DNA of 64,000 nt from Myxococcota bacterium (GCA_039028615.1 JBCCHT010000012.1:128001-192000), one strand, 5' to 3'; counted from the stretch's first letter, positions 9,543-24,029 are shown. Numbers and translations are program-made. The notes: generated by a model from the letters alone, not told the origin.

Positions 9543-9672
9543 CGGGTCGGATAGTCCGGGCCGACGCCCTCATGATCACGAACGACGCGAACAAAACGCT
9601 CGCGTTGTTCGAAGGTGGGTCGGCCCGCCGTCCGGCCGTGGGTGGTCGACGCGGGAACGAAGCGGCCTGGCT

Positions 9673-10467
9673 CTAGCCCTGTCGACGACGTCGAGCAGCC
9701 GCCAACCCCAGCAACACGAACAGCGCCCACGTCGGCGAAGGCGAACGCGAGACGCTGCAGGTCCCCGCGTCCGAGAAAGGACGGCGCTCGATGTCCGTGG
9801 TGCAAAGCTCGCTCGTCGGCCCTCGGTTCCCGGCGAGGTCGAGGTACGAGGCGCGAACGCAGACCTGCTCGACTTGTTCGGGTCCGTCGAAGTAGCGACT
9901 CAGCTCGCCCACCTCGGCGTGGCGGGGAGCGACCAGTTCATCCGCGCCGCTGCTGCCGGAAAACTCGGCGTAGTCCCCTTCGATGAGCAGCCAGTGCTCG
10001 TGGGGCCCCTCCACCTCGACGTCGATGACCAGAGACTCGCGGCCGTACATGACCGCGTCGACCGCTTCGATCACCGGGGTGACCGTGACGGGCGAGGCGA
10101 CCTCGTCCACCACCTCGAGCGGGAGCATGACCTCGCGCGGGTCATCGCAGTACGGAGTGTGGAGCAGGCGGAGTGCGTACGACCCCGGCTCCAGCTCCTC
10201 GGGCGACTCGAAGACTTCAAACGTCCGATCGGTCTGCGAATCGAATGCCGGCTCCAGAGGGAGCTCGGTCCCCTCGGTGTCGACGAGCACGACCTCGCCG
10301 AGCGTCCCGTGGGGCTCGATTGCGATGAAGCCGTCGCGAACGGTCGGTTGGTTCGCCGTGTGGACAGCCGGTTGTTCCCCCGTCGGCCGACACTCGGAAT
10401 CGGCATGAGCCAGGCTCGGCAACAACGAAGCGACGATGACAGAGACAGTAAGGAAATATCTGATCAT
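9673..10467 (-). CDS. Secreted protein with MYXO-CTERM-like anchor
   Basis: Signal peptide ending LAHA; C-terminus GTCSV...WALFVLLGLAAARRRR. Confidence 0.75.
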   Translation of the reverse strand: MIRYFLTVSVIVASLLPSLAHADSECRPTGEQPAVHTANQPTVRDGFIAIEPHGTLGEVVLVDTEGTELPLEPAFDSQTDRTFEVFESPEELEPGSYALRLLHTPYCDDPREVMLPLEVVDEVASPVTVTPVIEAVDAVMYGRESLVIDVEVEGPHEHWLLIEGDYAEFSGSSGADELVAPRHAEVGELSRYFDGPEQVEQVCVRASYLDLAGNRGPTSELCTTDIERRPFSDAGTCSVSRSPSPTWALFVLLGLAAARRRRQG

Positions 10468-10505
10468 GCTACTAAGGGGTGAGGTCCACGACCGGACCTA
10501 TTGGA

Positions 10506-11051
10506 TCACTGCCACGTGCCGTTTTCCATCTCGATCGACAGCGTATTGCTCGGCGGGTCTCGGTGGGAGGGCAGGTCGTCGTACTCGATCGTGAAACCAA
10601 TCGACCACTGCATCGTGAACTCCAGGCTCCAGTCGGTCACGTCGCGGTCGAAGTAGAGGATCTGCGGCGTGCTGCACCGAGAGCCCGATTGGCCGCCCCA
10701 GGGCCCATCCGCGGGCAGCTCGAAGTGGAGACCCGTCGACCGATCCGAGACCGTGTCGATCGCCTGGCGCTGCAACCCGTCTTCGTCACCATCGATGGTC
10801 ATCCAGATGGAGCCTTCGCCCGTGCCCCGCCGCCTCACCACGTCACCCAGAACCGACGCGGTGGCAGTGACTCGTTCATCGCCCGGGCCGTCCATGCACA
10901 GCGTCACGCGGAACCGAGCCGGCGGATCGAACTCGGACAAGACGATGTCGTGGCCGACCTCTTCGACGTAGAGGCTCGGAGGCGAGCAGGCGGTCGCGCC
11001 CGCGATCGAGCCCACCAGCACAAAGCGGTATGCGATCGAAGACAACGACAT
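10506..11051 (-). CDS. Hypothetical lipoprotein
   Basis: MSLSSIAYRFVLVGSIAGATAC lipobox; beta-rich acidic body. Confidence 0.65.
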   Translation of the reverse strand: MSLSSIAYRFVLVGSIAGATACSPPSLYVEEVGHDIVLSEFDPPARFRVTLCMDGPGDERVTATASVLGDVVRRRGTGEGSIWMTIDGDEDGLQRQAIDTVSDRSTGLHFELPADGPWGGQSGSRCSTPQILYFDRDVTDWSLEFTMQWSIGFTIEYDDLPSHRDPPSNTLSIEMENGTWQ

Positions 11052-11471
11052 CCAGTGGCGATAGTGTCTCGAACGCGGGCGACGATCACATCGATTTCGA
11101 CGTTTCTCACATGCCCGCGGGCGGCCCCTACGGGGGGTTCTGAGCGGTTCCAACCAACAGCATCGCAAATGGCGCCTGGCGAAGATCGGCCGCAATGGGG
11201 AAAACGTTGGTGGGATCGGAGGACATCGATTCGAACCGGCGGCCACCCCCGCGCGAACGACGAAGCTCACGCCCGCGGTGACTCGCTGAGCTGACGCCGT
11301 TCTAGTGGCGCCGGGCGACGAGCAAACCGCGGCAATGCGGGACTGCTCACGCAACGTGATTCGACGGCGCGAAGACGGGCCGGCATGACCCGGAACAAGG
11401 GGTTCCGTTGGCTGTGCGGACGTTTTATGGTCGCCACCCCGCTCGGAGGGGCACCTTCCAAGGACTCAGGC

Positions 11472-13061
<1,590 letters not shown>

Positions 13062-13081
13062 GCCGCTCGGCCCTAGGCCAC

Positions 13082-13128
13082 GACGAGGCCGGCTCCGTCG
13101 CTCGACGGGCCGGCCTTCGTCTTTGGTT
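13082..13128 (+). terminator. Probable intrinsic terminator after pckA
   Basis: Long GC stem GACGA-GGCCGGC-CCGTCG / CGACGG-GCCGGCC-TCGTC followed by TTTGGTT. Confidence 0.6.
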
Positions 13129-13254
13129 GGCCGCTCGCCGACCCGCGCGCGACCCGAGGCTCGAAGCATCGGGGATTCCCCGGTCAGAGGCCGTTCAAAG
13201 CACTTCTGACCGCTCGGTAGACAACGACCGGCCCGCGTGCCTAGGCTGCCGCCC

Positions 13255-14319
13255 ATGCATCGCCTTGCCCTTTCCGTTGCTCTGGCTGCCTCTTTGCCCT
13301 GTTTCGCCGGCTGCGGCAGCGACCCGGACGATACGGACAGCGGAGCGGAGGGCACCACGGGCGGGGGCACCACGGTCGGCGAGACGGGGGCCGAGACCGT
13401 GGCCGCCGACAGCTCGGGCGCAGGCGAGACCGATGCCGTCGACACCACCGCCGCGGGCGAAGAGGAGAGCTCGGGCGACACCGGGCCCGGCGTGGAGTGC
13501 CAGCTCTCCGACGGCGAGAACCTCATCGACGTCAACGGCCAGATGCGCACCGTGTTCCTCGACCTGCCTTCCAACATCGAGGACGGCGGACCCTGGCCGG
13601 TCGTGTTCAACTGGCACGGCCTGGGCGACTCGGCGGGCAACTTCCGCCAGCTGGTCGCGCCCTACGTCGATGATCCCGAGTTCCCCTTCATCGGCGTGAC
13701 TCCGGAGGACACCGACTTCGCGCTCATGCTCCCGGGCATCGGCACCTTGCCGCTCGACTGGGAGGTGTTCATGGTCGACGAGGCCAACGCCGAGCTCGCC
13801 CTATTCGACGCCACGCTCGCGTGCCTCGACTCGCAGTACGGAGTGGATGCCGACCGCGTGCACACCATGGGCTTCTCGCTCGGCAGCATCCTGAGCGACC
13901 TCATCGGCAGCATGCGCGGCGACGTGATCGCCTCCATCGCCACCTACTCGGGCGGCTACTGGAACAACCCCAACTCCGACCTCGGCTTCGTGGCGCTGGC
14001 GGTGAGCTGGCCCGACCACCCGCACGATGTCCCGTACCCGCAGCTGTTCCTGCACGGGGGTGAGACCGACACCTTCGAGGTCAGCATCGCCGCGCTGTCG
14101 TTCTCGGACTTCGCCAACGCGGACGCGGCCTGGTTCGTGGACAACGGTCACCCGACCTTCCTGTGCGACCACGGCGGGGGGCATACCGCTCCCCCGGCCG
14201 CGATGGGCCCCGAGCAGCTGCTGCAGTTCTTCGCCGACCACCCGCGCGGCGTCGAGTCGCCCTACGTCGGGGCGGTGCCCGAGGCGTGGCCGGACTACTG
14301 CCAGCACGTGACCGAGTAG
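13255..14319 (+). CDS. Lipoprotein alpha/beta hydrolase (PHB-depolymerase/esterase-like)
   Basis: Lipobox FAGC; T/G/D linker; PVVFNWHG, nucleophile GFSLG, LHGGETD, HGGGH. Confidence 0.85.
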   Translation: MHRLALSVALAASLPCFAGCGSDPDDTDSGAEGTTGGGTTVGETGAETVAADSSGAGETDAVDTTAAGEEESSGDTGPGVECQLSDGENLIDVNGQMRTVFLDLPSNIEDGGPWPVVFNWHGLGDSAGNFRQLVAPYVDDPEFPFIGVTPEDTDFALMLPGIGTLPLDWEVFMVDEANAELALFDATLACLDSQYGVDADRVHTMGFSLGSILSDLIGSMRGDVIASIATYSGGYWNNPNSDLGFVALAVSWPDHPHDVPYPQLFLHGGETDTFEVSIAALSFSDFANADAAWFVDNGHPTFLCDHGGGHTAPPAAMGPEQLLQFFADHPRGVESPYVGAVPEAWPDYCQHVTE

Positions 14320-14339
14320 CGAGGTCTCGCAGCACGAAC

Positions 14340-14380
14340 GAGGGCGGCACCGCAGACGCGGTCGCCGCCCTCTTTTGTTT
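14340..14380 (+). terminator. Intrinsic terminator between convergent genes
   Basis: GAGGGCGGC-ACCGC...GCGGT-C-GCCGCCCTC followed by TTTTGTTT. Confidence 0.75.
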
Positions 14381-14392
14381 GGCCGGGCTCGG

Positions 14393-15223
14393 CTAGAAGG
14401 TGCCGGCCAGCGCGGCCTCGGGCGCCTCTTCGAGCGCGTCGCCCAGCTGCGCCTCGAGCAGCCCGGCCATCTTCGAGCGCTCCGCCTCGAGTTCGTCGCC
14501 TTCGATGCCCGTCTCGGCCTTGGTGTCGAACTCCCAGCGCGCTCGCTCGATGCGAACGGTGGGCGCAGGCAGGTACGACAAGATCGGCCAGACGTAGCGC
14601 TCGAGGGCGTGGTCGGGGCTGTCGGAGAGCCGCCAGCGGTTGCCGAGCATGAAGCGGTCGGCCCCCTCGATGGCCGCGGACAGCCGCACACCCAGCATGC
14701 CCATCACCAAGCTGCGCGCCTCGAGCAAGCGGGGCTGGACGCCGAAGGCATCGAGACGCTCGAGACGATCGGCCGCGGGATAGCGCTCGTCGCCGCGCCG
14801 AAACGCGAGCCACGACATGAACTCGTGACTGTGCCGCCAGACCAAGCGCTGCAGCTCGATGGTGGCGACCATGTTCGCGAGACGGCTGCCGTGCTTTTTC
14901 GTCAGCTCGGTCCCGACCTCGTTCATCTGCTCGCGGAGCTCGCGATCGAAGCGCGAGAGCGAGGCACCGCTGTGATGCTCGTCGAGCACCGTCAGCGCGA
15001 GCGCGGCTCCGAGCCCGACGTGACTGGCCAGCTGCACCTCGGTGGTGACCAACTGCTCGTACAGGTTGGGCATCACCCGCTGCTTGCCTTCGTCGTCGAG
15101 CTGCTCCACCTGCTGCAAGGCTTCTTGCTTCAGGTTCGTCAAATCGCGGCGAAGCTCGTCGACTTGGTCGTCTAGATCTGGAGTCCGTACCTGGGCAAGG
15201 AAGATCTCCCGAGCGCTCGACAT
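14393..15223 (-). CDS. Hypothetical helical protein
   Basis: MSSAREIFLAQVR...; N-terminal coiled-coil-like segment; strong codon bias. Confidence 0.8.
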   Translation of the reverse strand: MSSAREIFLAQVRTPDLDDQVDELRRDLTNLKQEALQQVEQLDDEGKQRVMPNLYEQLVTTEVQLASHVGLGAALALTVLDEHHSGASLSRFDRELREQMNEVGTELTKKHGSRLANMVATIELQRLVWRHSHEFMSWLAFRRGDERYPAADRLERLDAFGVQPRLLEARSLVMGMLGVRLSAAIEGADRFMLGNRWRLSDSPDHALERYVWPILSYLPAPTVRIERARWEFDTKAETGIEGDELEAERSKMAGLLEAQLGDALEEAPEAALAGTF

Positions 15224-15361
15224 GCGAAAATGAGGGTATGCGGGGGCGGGGGCGCTTGTCACCACGCAGTTCCCGCTGAACAGGCGACTCGGTCCGAGGC
15301 CGGGCTCACTTCGGGTACCGGCCCTCGTCGGGACGTCGGGAGACTGCCCGACATGCAATAA

Positions 15362-15374
15362 AATCAGGGTCTTG
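15362..15374 (+). promoter_or_regulatory. Possible IHF-type site in divergent promoter
   Basis: AATCAGGGTCTTG matches WATCARNNNNTTR and is preceded by an A-rich patch. Confidence 0.3.
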
Positions 15375-15443
15375 GGCCGCAAGTCGGTCCGCTCAGACCC
15401 ATTGACCCCGCCATGCGTTCGGACGCGATCGCGAGGCCTCTTC

Positions 15444-18400
15444 ATGCCCGACAGCGCCGTCGAACCCACTTCAGACCCGCGGCTCCGTGCCGTTTTCTGC
15501 CTTTTGCTGACGCTCGGCTGCGGCTCCGAGCCCCCGCCCACCACGGCGGAGGCCCCCGCCGAGGCGGCCGAGACCACACAGGAGGCCGCGGCCGTCCCGG
15601 GCGGAGAGGTGGTGGCCATCAGCGGCCCGGGTGGCCTCCGCTCGCCCGCGCTGCCCCCCGGCACCTTCATGGGCCCCGGCGGCCGGCTCGAGGCGGGGCA
15701 ATCGCTCGAGACCCCCAAGGGCACGCTGGCCGAGCTCCGGCTCGAGACCGGCGTCCGCATCCGCATGAACGAGGACACCGCGCTGTCGCTGCCGGGCTCG
15801 GGCGCGGCATCGCGACTCGTGCTGACCCGGGGCGAGATCGTCGTGCTGACCGAGCCGGGGGTCACCGCCGACCTGGCCGTCGCCGCGGGCGATGAGGTCC
15901 TCACCGTGGCGCAAGGTGAGGCTCAGATCCGTCACGACGGCGGCACCCGACGCTTCGCGGTGGTGGTGGGTCGGGCCGAGCTGCAGGCCCCCACCCGCAG
16001 CCTGACCCTGTCGGCGGGCGAGAGCATCGAGGCCCCGCTCCCCGAAGAGCGCGCCCGCGTACCCGAGCTCAGCCTCGCCCCGCTACGGGAGACCGGTTGG
16101 TCGCGCACCTTCGAGACCGCGGCCCAGATCGCCAAGGACGTGCCCGCGGGCGTCGGTAGCCTCACCGCGCGGCGCCCCGGCAGCCAGGCCCAGCGCCAGC
16201 ACCTGCGCCTCACCGATCAGACGGTCCACGTGAGCATCGCGGGCCGGGTGGCGCATACCGAGATCGAGCAGGCCTTCTTCAACGACCAGCCCGCCGTGCT
16301 CGAGGGCACCTACCGCTTCCCGCTGCCCGGCGACGGCTCGGTCTCGGGCTTGGGCCTGTTGGTCGGCAACCGCTGGATGGACGGCGAGATCGTCGAAAAG
16401 ACCCGCGCCCGGCGGATCTTCAAGTCGATCGTCGACGCCACCATCCCTCGCGATCCCGCGCTGCTCGAGTGGGAGCAGGGCAACCTGTTCAAGCTCCGCG
16501 TGTTCCCCATCCCCGGCCGCGGCGAGCGACGGGTTCGGCTGTCCTATACGCAGGTGCTCCCGGTCGCGGACGACATGCTGCGCTACCGCTTCCCGCTCGC
16601 GGGCAGCGGCGCGGGCGGGACGGAGATCGAGCACTTCGAGTTCCGGGTCACCGTCGATGGCGAACACCTCGACGAGGCCACGCTCTCGGACATCGGCACC
16701 CCGATGATGGAGCTCGAGCGCACCATCAAGGGCTCGCAGGTCCAGCTGCACGCCGATCGCGAGCACTTCGTGCCCACCGCGGACATCGGGGTCGACATCC
16801 CCATCCCGCCCAGCGAGGCCGAGGTCCATACCGCGACCCACCTCGACCGCGACGGCCAGGCCTACTTCATGGTCTCGATGCAGCCCGAGCTCGAGCTGCC
16901 TCGCCCCGAGGGCCCCACCAGCTTCGCGTTCGTGCTCGACCGCAGCCACAGCATGTCTCCCGAGCTGTGGACCGTGGCCCGGGGCATGGTCGAAGCCTTG
17001 GCCACCTCGATGGAGCCCGAAGATCGCTTCGCCGTGCTCGCCTGCGACACCGCGTGCGACGAGGTCCCCGGCGGCATGCTCACCGGGGAGCCCGGTGATC
17101 TCGACGAGATGAAGCGCTTCCTCGATGCCCAGGACCTGGCCGGAGCGAGCGATCTGGGCGGCATGCTGACGTCGGCGGCCGAGACCCTCGAGCGCGGCGG
17201 CGCGTCGGGTGAGCGAGTCATCGTGTACCTGGGCGACGGCACCCCCAGCTCGGGCGAGATGGCGGCCGATCGCCTGGCCGAGCACGTGGCGACGCCGCTG
17301 CGAGGGACTCGGGTCATGGCGGTCGCGCTCGGCTCTCGCTCCGACTTGACCACGCTGGGCGCCATCGTCAAGCAGACCGGCGGCGACATCCTGCTCGCCG
17401 ATCCCCGCGACGATCGCCTCCAGCTCGTTCGCGAGCTGCGACTGCGGGCGCGGGTCCCCGTGGCCCACGACATCGAGATCGACGTGCCCGATGGCATGGT
17501 CGCGGTGCACCGCCACGGCACCGATGGCCTGCGCCCCGGCGACACCTTGGTGGTCCTGGGCAAGCTCAGCCGCCCGGTGCACGACGACGTGGTCATCCGC
17601 GCGCAGGGCCCCGAGGGGCCGATCGAGCGCCGCTTCCGGGTCGATCTCGAGGCCGATCGCGACTCGCCGGTCGAGCATCGCCACCTGCCTCGGACCTGGG
17701 GTCAGGCCGAGATCGCCCACCTCACCCAGACCAAGGGCTTCGACGCCCGCGAGGACATCGTCGCCCTGTCCAAGCACTACACCGTGATGTCGCGGCACAC
17801 CTCGTTGCTCGTGCTCGAGAACGACGCGATGTACCGCGAGTTCAACGTCGTGCGAGCGGCCAAGAACACCGACAAGTGGAAGGGTGATCTCTCGAAGACC
17901 GAGTCCAAGACGCAAGCCGACGCGGGCTCGACCGGCAAGAAGACCGCCACGGCGGCACCAGAGACGGTCACCACGGAAGAGCTCGGGGCCGCGTTCAATC
18001 GCCAGGACCCCGCGGCCGCGGGTGGCGAGGGGCGCGAGCGCGAAAAGAGCGAGGATGTCGATGAGCTCCTCGATCCCGTGCCCGAGCCGGAGCCCGATCC
18101 CCAACCGAGTCCCCCGCCCTCGTCCGCTCCCACCGTTCCCAACGGGATCTCGGGCGGCGTGCTCGGAGGCGTTCCCGGCGGAGTCGTCGGCGGCAGCGGC
18201 AGCGGCAACCACTCGGGATTCGCCGAGCCCGAAGAAGAAGAGAACCGCAAAGCGGCCGAGGTGCGCCCGCAGCAGGCCCCCAAGGACGTCGGCGACGACT
18301 TCAGTGAGGACGACGATCTGTCGGACGTCGAATTCGGCGACGAAGACGTCGATGCTCCCGCGATCGCCACTGGCCGGACCTCGGGCTCCTCGAAGTCGGG

Positions 18401-19472
18401 CTCCCGCGGCGCCCCGGCCAAGACGGACAAGCCCAAGAAGAAGAAGCGCAAGCCCGCCTCCAAGAGCCCGATGGGCGACGACTTCGGTGGAGGCGGAGGC
18501 TGGGGCGACATCGAGCCCAAGCGCCCCGGCGGGGGCTGGGGTGGCCACCGCCCGGTTCGCCAGCTGAAGTCCCGGCCGCTCTCCGGGCCTCCCAGCGCCC
18601 GCACCCTCGCTCGAATCGAGGACCTACGGCGCGCGGTCGCGGCCGACCCGACCCAGCGCGGCCCTCACGGCAAGCTGGTGCGAGCGGCCCTGCGAGCGGG
18701 CGACACCCGGTCCCTCGACTTCGCGCGAGCCTGGGCCGAGGTCGACCCCGACCATGCACCCGCCTTGATGTCGCTGGCCGATGCCATGGCCGCCGACGGT
18801 GATCCCATGGCCCTGCGGGCCTACGAGAGCGCGCTGGAGGTCAAGCCCTTCGTCCGTCGGCACCACGCCGAGCTGGCCCGGGCCTTCGAGAGCCGCGGCG
18901 ACATGACCCGTGCCTGCTCGCATCGTCGGGCGGTGGTGAGCATCGATCCCAAGGACGGAGACCACCACGCCGACCTCAGCCGCTGCCTGGAGCGGGCGCG
19001 CCGACACACGGACGCGCTCGATGCCCTCGCCGACGGCCATCGGCGGGCCATCACCGACACCAGCGTGTTGTCGACGGTGGGCGCCGAGCTCAGCTCGGGG
19101 TCCGTGCCCGCGGCCTCGTTCAGCCTGCACTCGGGCGCCCAGCTGTCGCTGACGCTCACCTGGGCCGGCGAGGACGACCTCGACCTCGCGGTGGTCGACG
19201 CCAAGGGCCGACGCCTGTCCGGCTCGAGGCCTCAGGGCAAGGCCCGCGTCCGTGAGTCGGAGGGTCGCGAGCAGCTCACCCTCAAGAAGGTCCGCAAGTC
19301 GGTCTTCGTCGAGGTGACCCGGCGCTCCGCCACGCGGGACCGTGCGGACTCGGGTGGCGCGCCCATCCGCGGCGAGCTGACCATCAAGACCCCGAGCGGC
19401 ACCCGGCACGTGCCGGTCACCGTCCGGGACGGCACGGTGCGGGTGGCCAAGGTCTTCTGGATCACCCGCTGA
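15444..19472 (+). CDS. Large lipoprotein: FecR-like + VIT + vWA + low-complexity linker + TPR-like
   Basis: Lipobox LTLGC; FecR-like LRLETGVRIRMNEDT; VIT 'AHTEIEQAFFN...LEGTYRFPLP...RDPALLEW...FKLRVFPIP'; MIDAS VLDRSHSM and YLGDG; MSRHTSLLVLEND; helical repeats near the C-terminus. Confidence 0.85.
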   Translation: MPDSAVEPTSDPRLRAVFCLLLTLGCGSEPPPTTAEAPAEAAETTQEAAAVPGGEVVAISGPGGLRSPALPPGTFMGPGGRLEAGQSLETPKGTLAELRLETGVRIRMNEDTALSLPGSGAASRLVLTRGEIVVLTEPGVTADLAVAAGDEVLTVAQGEAQIRHDGGTRRFAVVVGRAELQAPTRSLTLSAGESIEAPLPEERARVPELSLAPLRETGWSRTFETAAQIAKDVPAGVGSLTARRPGSQAQRQHLRLTDQTVHVSIAGRVAHTEIEQAFFNDQPAVLEGTYRFPLPGDGSVSGLGLLVGNRWMDGEIVEKTRARRIFKSIVDATIPRDPALLEWEQGNLFKLRVFPIPGRGERRVRLSYTQVLPVADDMLRYRFPLAGSGAGGTEIEHFEFRVTVDGEHLDEATLSDIGTPMMELERTIKGSQVQLHADREHFVPTADIGVDIPIPPSEAEVHTATHLDRDGQAYFMVSMQPELELPRPEGPTSFAFVLDRSHSMSPELWTVARGMVEALATSMEPEDRFAVLACDTACDEVPGGMLTGEPGDLDEMKRFLDAQDLAGASDLGGMLTSAAETLERGGASGERVIVYLGDGTPSSGEMAADRLAEHVATPLRGTRVMAVALGSRSDLTTLGAIVKQTGGDILLADPRDDRLQLVRELRLRARVPVAHDIEIDVPDGMVAVHRHGTDGLRPGDTLVVLGKLSRPVHDDVVIRAQGPEGPIERRFRVDLEADRDSPVEHRHLPRTWGQAEIAHLTQTKGFDAREDIVALSKHYTVMSRHTSLLVLENDAMYREFNVVRAAKNTDKWKGDLSKTESKTQADAGSTGKKTATAAPETVTTEELGAAFNRQDPAAAGGEGREREKSEDVDELLDPVPEPEPDPQPSPPPSSAPTVPNGISGGVLGGVPGGVVGGSGSGNHSGFAEPEEEENRKAAEVRPQQAPKDVGDDFSEDDDLSDVEFGDEDVDAPAIATGRTSGSSKSGSRGAPAKTDKPKKKKRKPASKSPMGDDFGGGGGWGDIEPKRPGGGWGGHRPVRQLKSRPLSGPPSARTLARIEDLRRAVAADPTQRGPHGKLVRAALRAGDTRSLDFARAWAEVDPDHAPALMSLADAMAADGDPMALRAYESALEVKPFVRRHHAELARAFESRGDMTRACSHRRAVVSIDPKDGDHHADLSRCLERARRHTDALDALADGHRRAITDTSVLSTVGAELSSGSVPAASFSLHSGAQLSLTLTWAGEDDLDLAVVDAKGRRLSGSRPQGKARVRESEGREQLTLKKVRKSVFVEVTRRSATRDRADSGGAPIRGELTIKTPSGTRHVPVTVRDGTVRVAKVFWITR

Positions 19473-19482
19473 GGCGCGGGGA

Positions 19483-20094
19483 CTACTCCCCGAAGTGCTG
19501 GGAGTAGTCCTCGATCGAGGCGGCGATGACCGCCTCGGCGTGCTCGCGCCCGTAGGTCTTGTCGATGGACACCGCGGGCTCCGCCCCCGGCACCATCTTG
19601 TAGGTCGCGAAGTAGTGGCGCAGGCGCTCGACCAGCACCTCGGGCAGCGCCGTGATGTCGTCGACCTTCGACCAGATGTTGTCGTTCTCGAGGACGGCGA
19701 TGATCTTGTCGTCGGCCTCGCCGTGGTCGACCATCTGGAGGCCGCCGATGACCTTCGCGTTGAGGATGATCTCCGCGCGGTCGATGGGGCGCTCCGAGAT
19801 CACGCAGATGTCGAGCGGGTCGCCGTCGCCCCGGCTCGCGTTGGGAGACAGCGCGTTGACGCGGTCGCCACAGTAGGTCCGCGGCACGAAGCCGTAGATG
19901 GTGGGCGGCTGCGAGCTCGAACGCGAGGGTCGATCGACTCGTAGGTAGCCGGTCTCTTTGTCGACCTCGTACTTCACGTGATCGAAAGGCGTAATCTCGA
20001 CGAATGCATGCACCAGCCGAGGCGGCTTGGGTCCCGCCTCGAGCCCATGCCAGGGGTGCGGGCGAAAGCGGTAGTAGGGCTTCGGGAAGGCCAC
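19483..20094 (-). CDS. ppa: Soluble inorganic pyrophosphatase (family I)
   Basis: [55 protein letters not shown]. Confidence 0.95.
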   Translation of the reverse strand: MAFPKPYYRFRPHPWHGLEAGPKPPRLVHAFVEITPFDHVKYEVDKETGYLRVDRPSRSSSQPPTIYGFVPRTYCGDRVNALSPNASRGDGDPLDICVISERPIDRAEIILNAKVIGGLQMVDHGEADDKIIAVLENDNIWSKVDDITALPEVLVERLRHYFATYKMVPGAEPAVSIDKTYGREHAEAVIAASIEDYSQHFGE

Positions 20095-20143
20095 GGGGGC
20101 ACAGAGTAGTCGCGAAAGCCCTCCAGGGCACGACGGACGAAGC

Positions 20144-20542
20144 TCACTCGAGCAGGGAACGAAGCCGAGCGCGCTCTAGTGGCCCCATCACTTCCGAAAG
20201 CCAGCGCGTGAGTTCGGACGGGTCGTCGAATGCCCGACGCTGCGGATGACCCGCCTCACGAATCATCCGCCCGATCTGGAGGGCGACCACGGGCGAGTCC
20301 GGCAGCATCGTTGCCGTTCGAATGAGCTGCTGTTCGGAGCGCATCACCGACACGTAGGCCTCGACCACGTCGGGCGGAAACACGCTCGCGCGACGAAGGT
20401 CGACGAAGCAGATGTAGGCTTCCCCGACCCCGTCGACGACCGCGTCGTGCTCACGCCCCCACTGCTCGACTTCGTCCAGCGACACGGGCGACCCGATGGC
20501 GATCTCGACGAGTCGACCGACCTGGTGCGCGACGCGATACAT
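20144..20542 (-). CDS. Small STAS/SEC14(SpoIIAA)-like hypothetical protein
   Basis: [14 protein letters not shown]...ICFVDLR...RTATML...[13 protein letters not shown] pattern. Confidence 0.65.
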   Translation of the reverse strand: MYRVAHQVGRLVEIAIGSPVSLDEVEQWGREHDAVVDGVGEAYICFVDLRRASVFPPDVVEAYVSVMRSEQQLIRTATMLPDSPVVALQIGRMIREAGHPQRRAFDDPSELTRWLSEVMGPLERARLRSLLE

Positions 20543-20577
20543 CGGCTCGAGGATAGCGCGCTCGCGGCCGGGGCTGC

Positions 20578-21891
20578 CTACGGCTCGTACTCGAGCACGA
20601 ACATCCCGGGCGCGACCGCTTCTGCGGCCTCGGTGGTGAGCAGCTCCAGGCTCCCCGGAGAGTCCCGCAGGTGGCCGTTGAACAGGCCGATCGCGAAGTG
20701 CCGCTGTAGCGGGAGCGCGAGTTCGGGAGCGATGTGCTCCTCGGTGCAGCCATCGTCGAGCGCAGCACTCAGGCCGATCTCGGTGGCCGCCTCGATCGCG
20801 GCCGGGTCGAGCACGCACATGTCGCTGAACGTAAAGTGACCGCCCTCGCGAACCGTCAAGCGGCTGCGGGGGGCGGTCATGCGCGAGTAGATGGTGTCGG
20901 CGTCCTCGGGGGTGGTGGTGGCGTCGACCTCACCCACCTGGAGCATCACGGGGATGGTGATGTCCTCGGGCTCGTTGGCCAGCGCGCCGAACCAGGTGAC
21001 CTCGTATCCCGGAGGCGCCTGGGCCACGGCGACATCGATGGGTCGGTCTTGGCCGAGCATGCGCAACGTGGTGAGCGCACCGAAGGAGTGCCCCGACATG
21101 CCGACGCGCTCGCCATCGACGATCGCCCCGAGCGGGTCCTCGGCCCCCAAGCCCTGCAGGTGCGCCAGCACGAAGCCCATGTCGTCCGGCCGCAGGCCGA
21201 GGCTCTCGAACTGCGCCTCCGTGCTCTGCTCGCCGGCCAGGACCGCGTCGCTGAGGGTATTGCCCGCGTGATCCGGGGCCGCGACCACATAGCCGTGGCT
21301 GGCGAGGAACACGGTGAGGAAGGTCGACTGCATGCGAACCCCCGACGAGCCGTGGCTGAACAGCACGATGGGGAACTGCTCGCCCGTGTCGCGGGGGTCG
21401 GCATCACGGACCGCCTCGGTGGCGAGCTCGACCTCGAGCTTGCCCTCGATCTGCGCCCGGGCTTCCTCGGTGAGCAGGTCTTCCTCGGTATAGACGTAGC
21501 CGGGCTGGTCGCGCGCGGCCTCGACCGCCGGGTACCACAGCTCGGTCACCAGTCGCCGCGGCTGGCCGTCGTCGTCGGGGCGCGAGTCGTCGAGCAACTC
21601 GACGGTCATCACCCCCACCGGGTACGGGCCCATCCTCGCGGGATCGGGCGCAGCGTCGGGCCCCGCCGGATCGAAGGGCAGGCTGTCGTCGGCCCCGGTT
21701 CCGCTGCTGCTGCCGTCACCGCTCTCGTCGGCGGCTTCGGTGGTCGTGCCCACGCCCGAGGTCGTGGTGGCGTCGGAACTCGTGCTCCCGGCCGCGTCGT
21801 CCGCCGCCGGCTCCGTGCTCTGGCACGCGGCCAGGCTCAGAGACACCAAAAAGATCGAGCAGGGGATCGTCGTTCGCAGGTCCAAGGCCAT
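20578..21891 (-). CDS. Lipoprotein alpha/beta hydrolase (PAF-acetylhydrolase/dienelactone hydrolase-like)
   Basis: Lipobox [39 protein letters not shown], nucleophile [13 protein letters not shown]. Confidence 0.9.
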   Translation of the reverse strand: MALDLRTTIPCSIFLVSLSLAACQSTEPAADDAAGSTSSDATTTSGVGTTTEAADESGDGSSSGTGADDSLPFDPAGPDAAPDPARMGPYPVGVMTVELLDDSRPDDDGQPRRLVTELWYPAVEAARDQPGYVYTEEDLLTEEARAQIEGKLEVELATEAVRDADPRDTGEQFPIVLFSHGSSGVRMQSTFLTVFLASHGYVVAAPDHAGNTLSDAVLAGEQSTEAQFESLGLRPDDMGFVLAHLQGLGAEDPLGAIVDGERVGMSGHSFGALTTLRMLGQDRPIDVAVAQAPPGYEVTWFGALANEPEDITIPVMLQVGEVDATTTPEDADTIYSRMTAPRSRLTVREGGHFTFSDMCVLDPAAIEAATEIGLSAALDDGCTEEHIAPELALPLQRHFAIGLFNGHLRDSPGSLELLTTEAAEAVAPGMFVLEYEP

Positions 21892-21995
21892 CGTCCTCAA
21901 AAGAAAGGACGAGGGTACGCGGTCGCCGTCGCACGTGTCAGTGCGATGCGAGGCCCCGCGCGGGCGGACGCGAAGAGACTCGCCTCACGATTGCG

Positions 21996-22187
21996 CTAGC
22001 TCGGGAGCAAGCCCCGAGCGCGCTGGCGTTGAGACCAGTGACGCGCGGCCGCGACCTCCTTCATGATCCGGGCGTGCCGGCCGTCGGTGCGATCTTCGAA
22101 CACGAAGGGGAGCGTGGTCGCCGAGGACGCAACGGCGGCGTCGGGGGAGGAGGAGCGGGAATCTCGAGGGGTCGGTTGCGGAGTCAT
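21996..22187 (-). CDS. Possible small protein (63 aa)
   Basis: [10 protein letters not shown]...[38 protein letters not shown] fills the gap upstream of the hydrolase, with G/C-ending codons in its core. Confidence 0.35.
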   Translation of the reverse strand: MTPQPTPRDSRSSSPDAAVASSATTLPFVFEDRTDGRHARIMKEVAAARHWSQRQRARGLLPS

Positions 22188-22325
22188 CGTCGTGGTTTTC
22201 AAGCTGGGTCCGGTTTCGGCGAGCGCAACCCCCCACGGGGCCTCCCACGCCACTTTGCGCGACTTCCGCGGTCGGGGTCTCCGCCTCCCCCTCGGTTTTC
22301 GTATAAGTCCCCTCCGAGGCACGCC

Positions 22326-24029
<1,704 letters not shown>

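Noticed and set aside
11052..11471. Riboswitch or ncRNA in long intergenic regions (also 46414-46730 and 50062-50642)
   Set aside because: I could not match any known riboswitch or RNA consensus by eye; an Rfam/Infernal scan would be needed.
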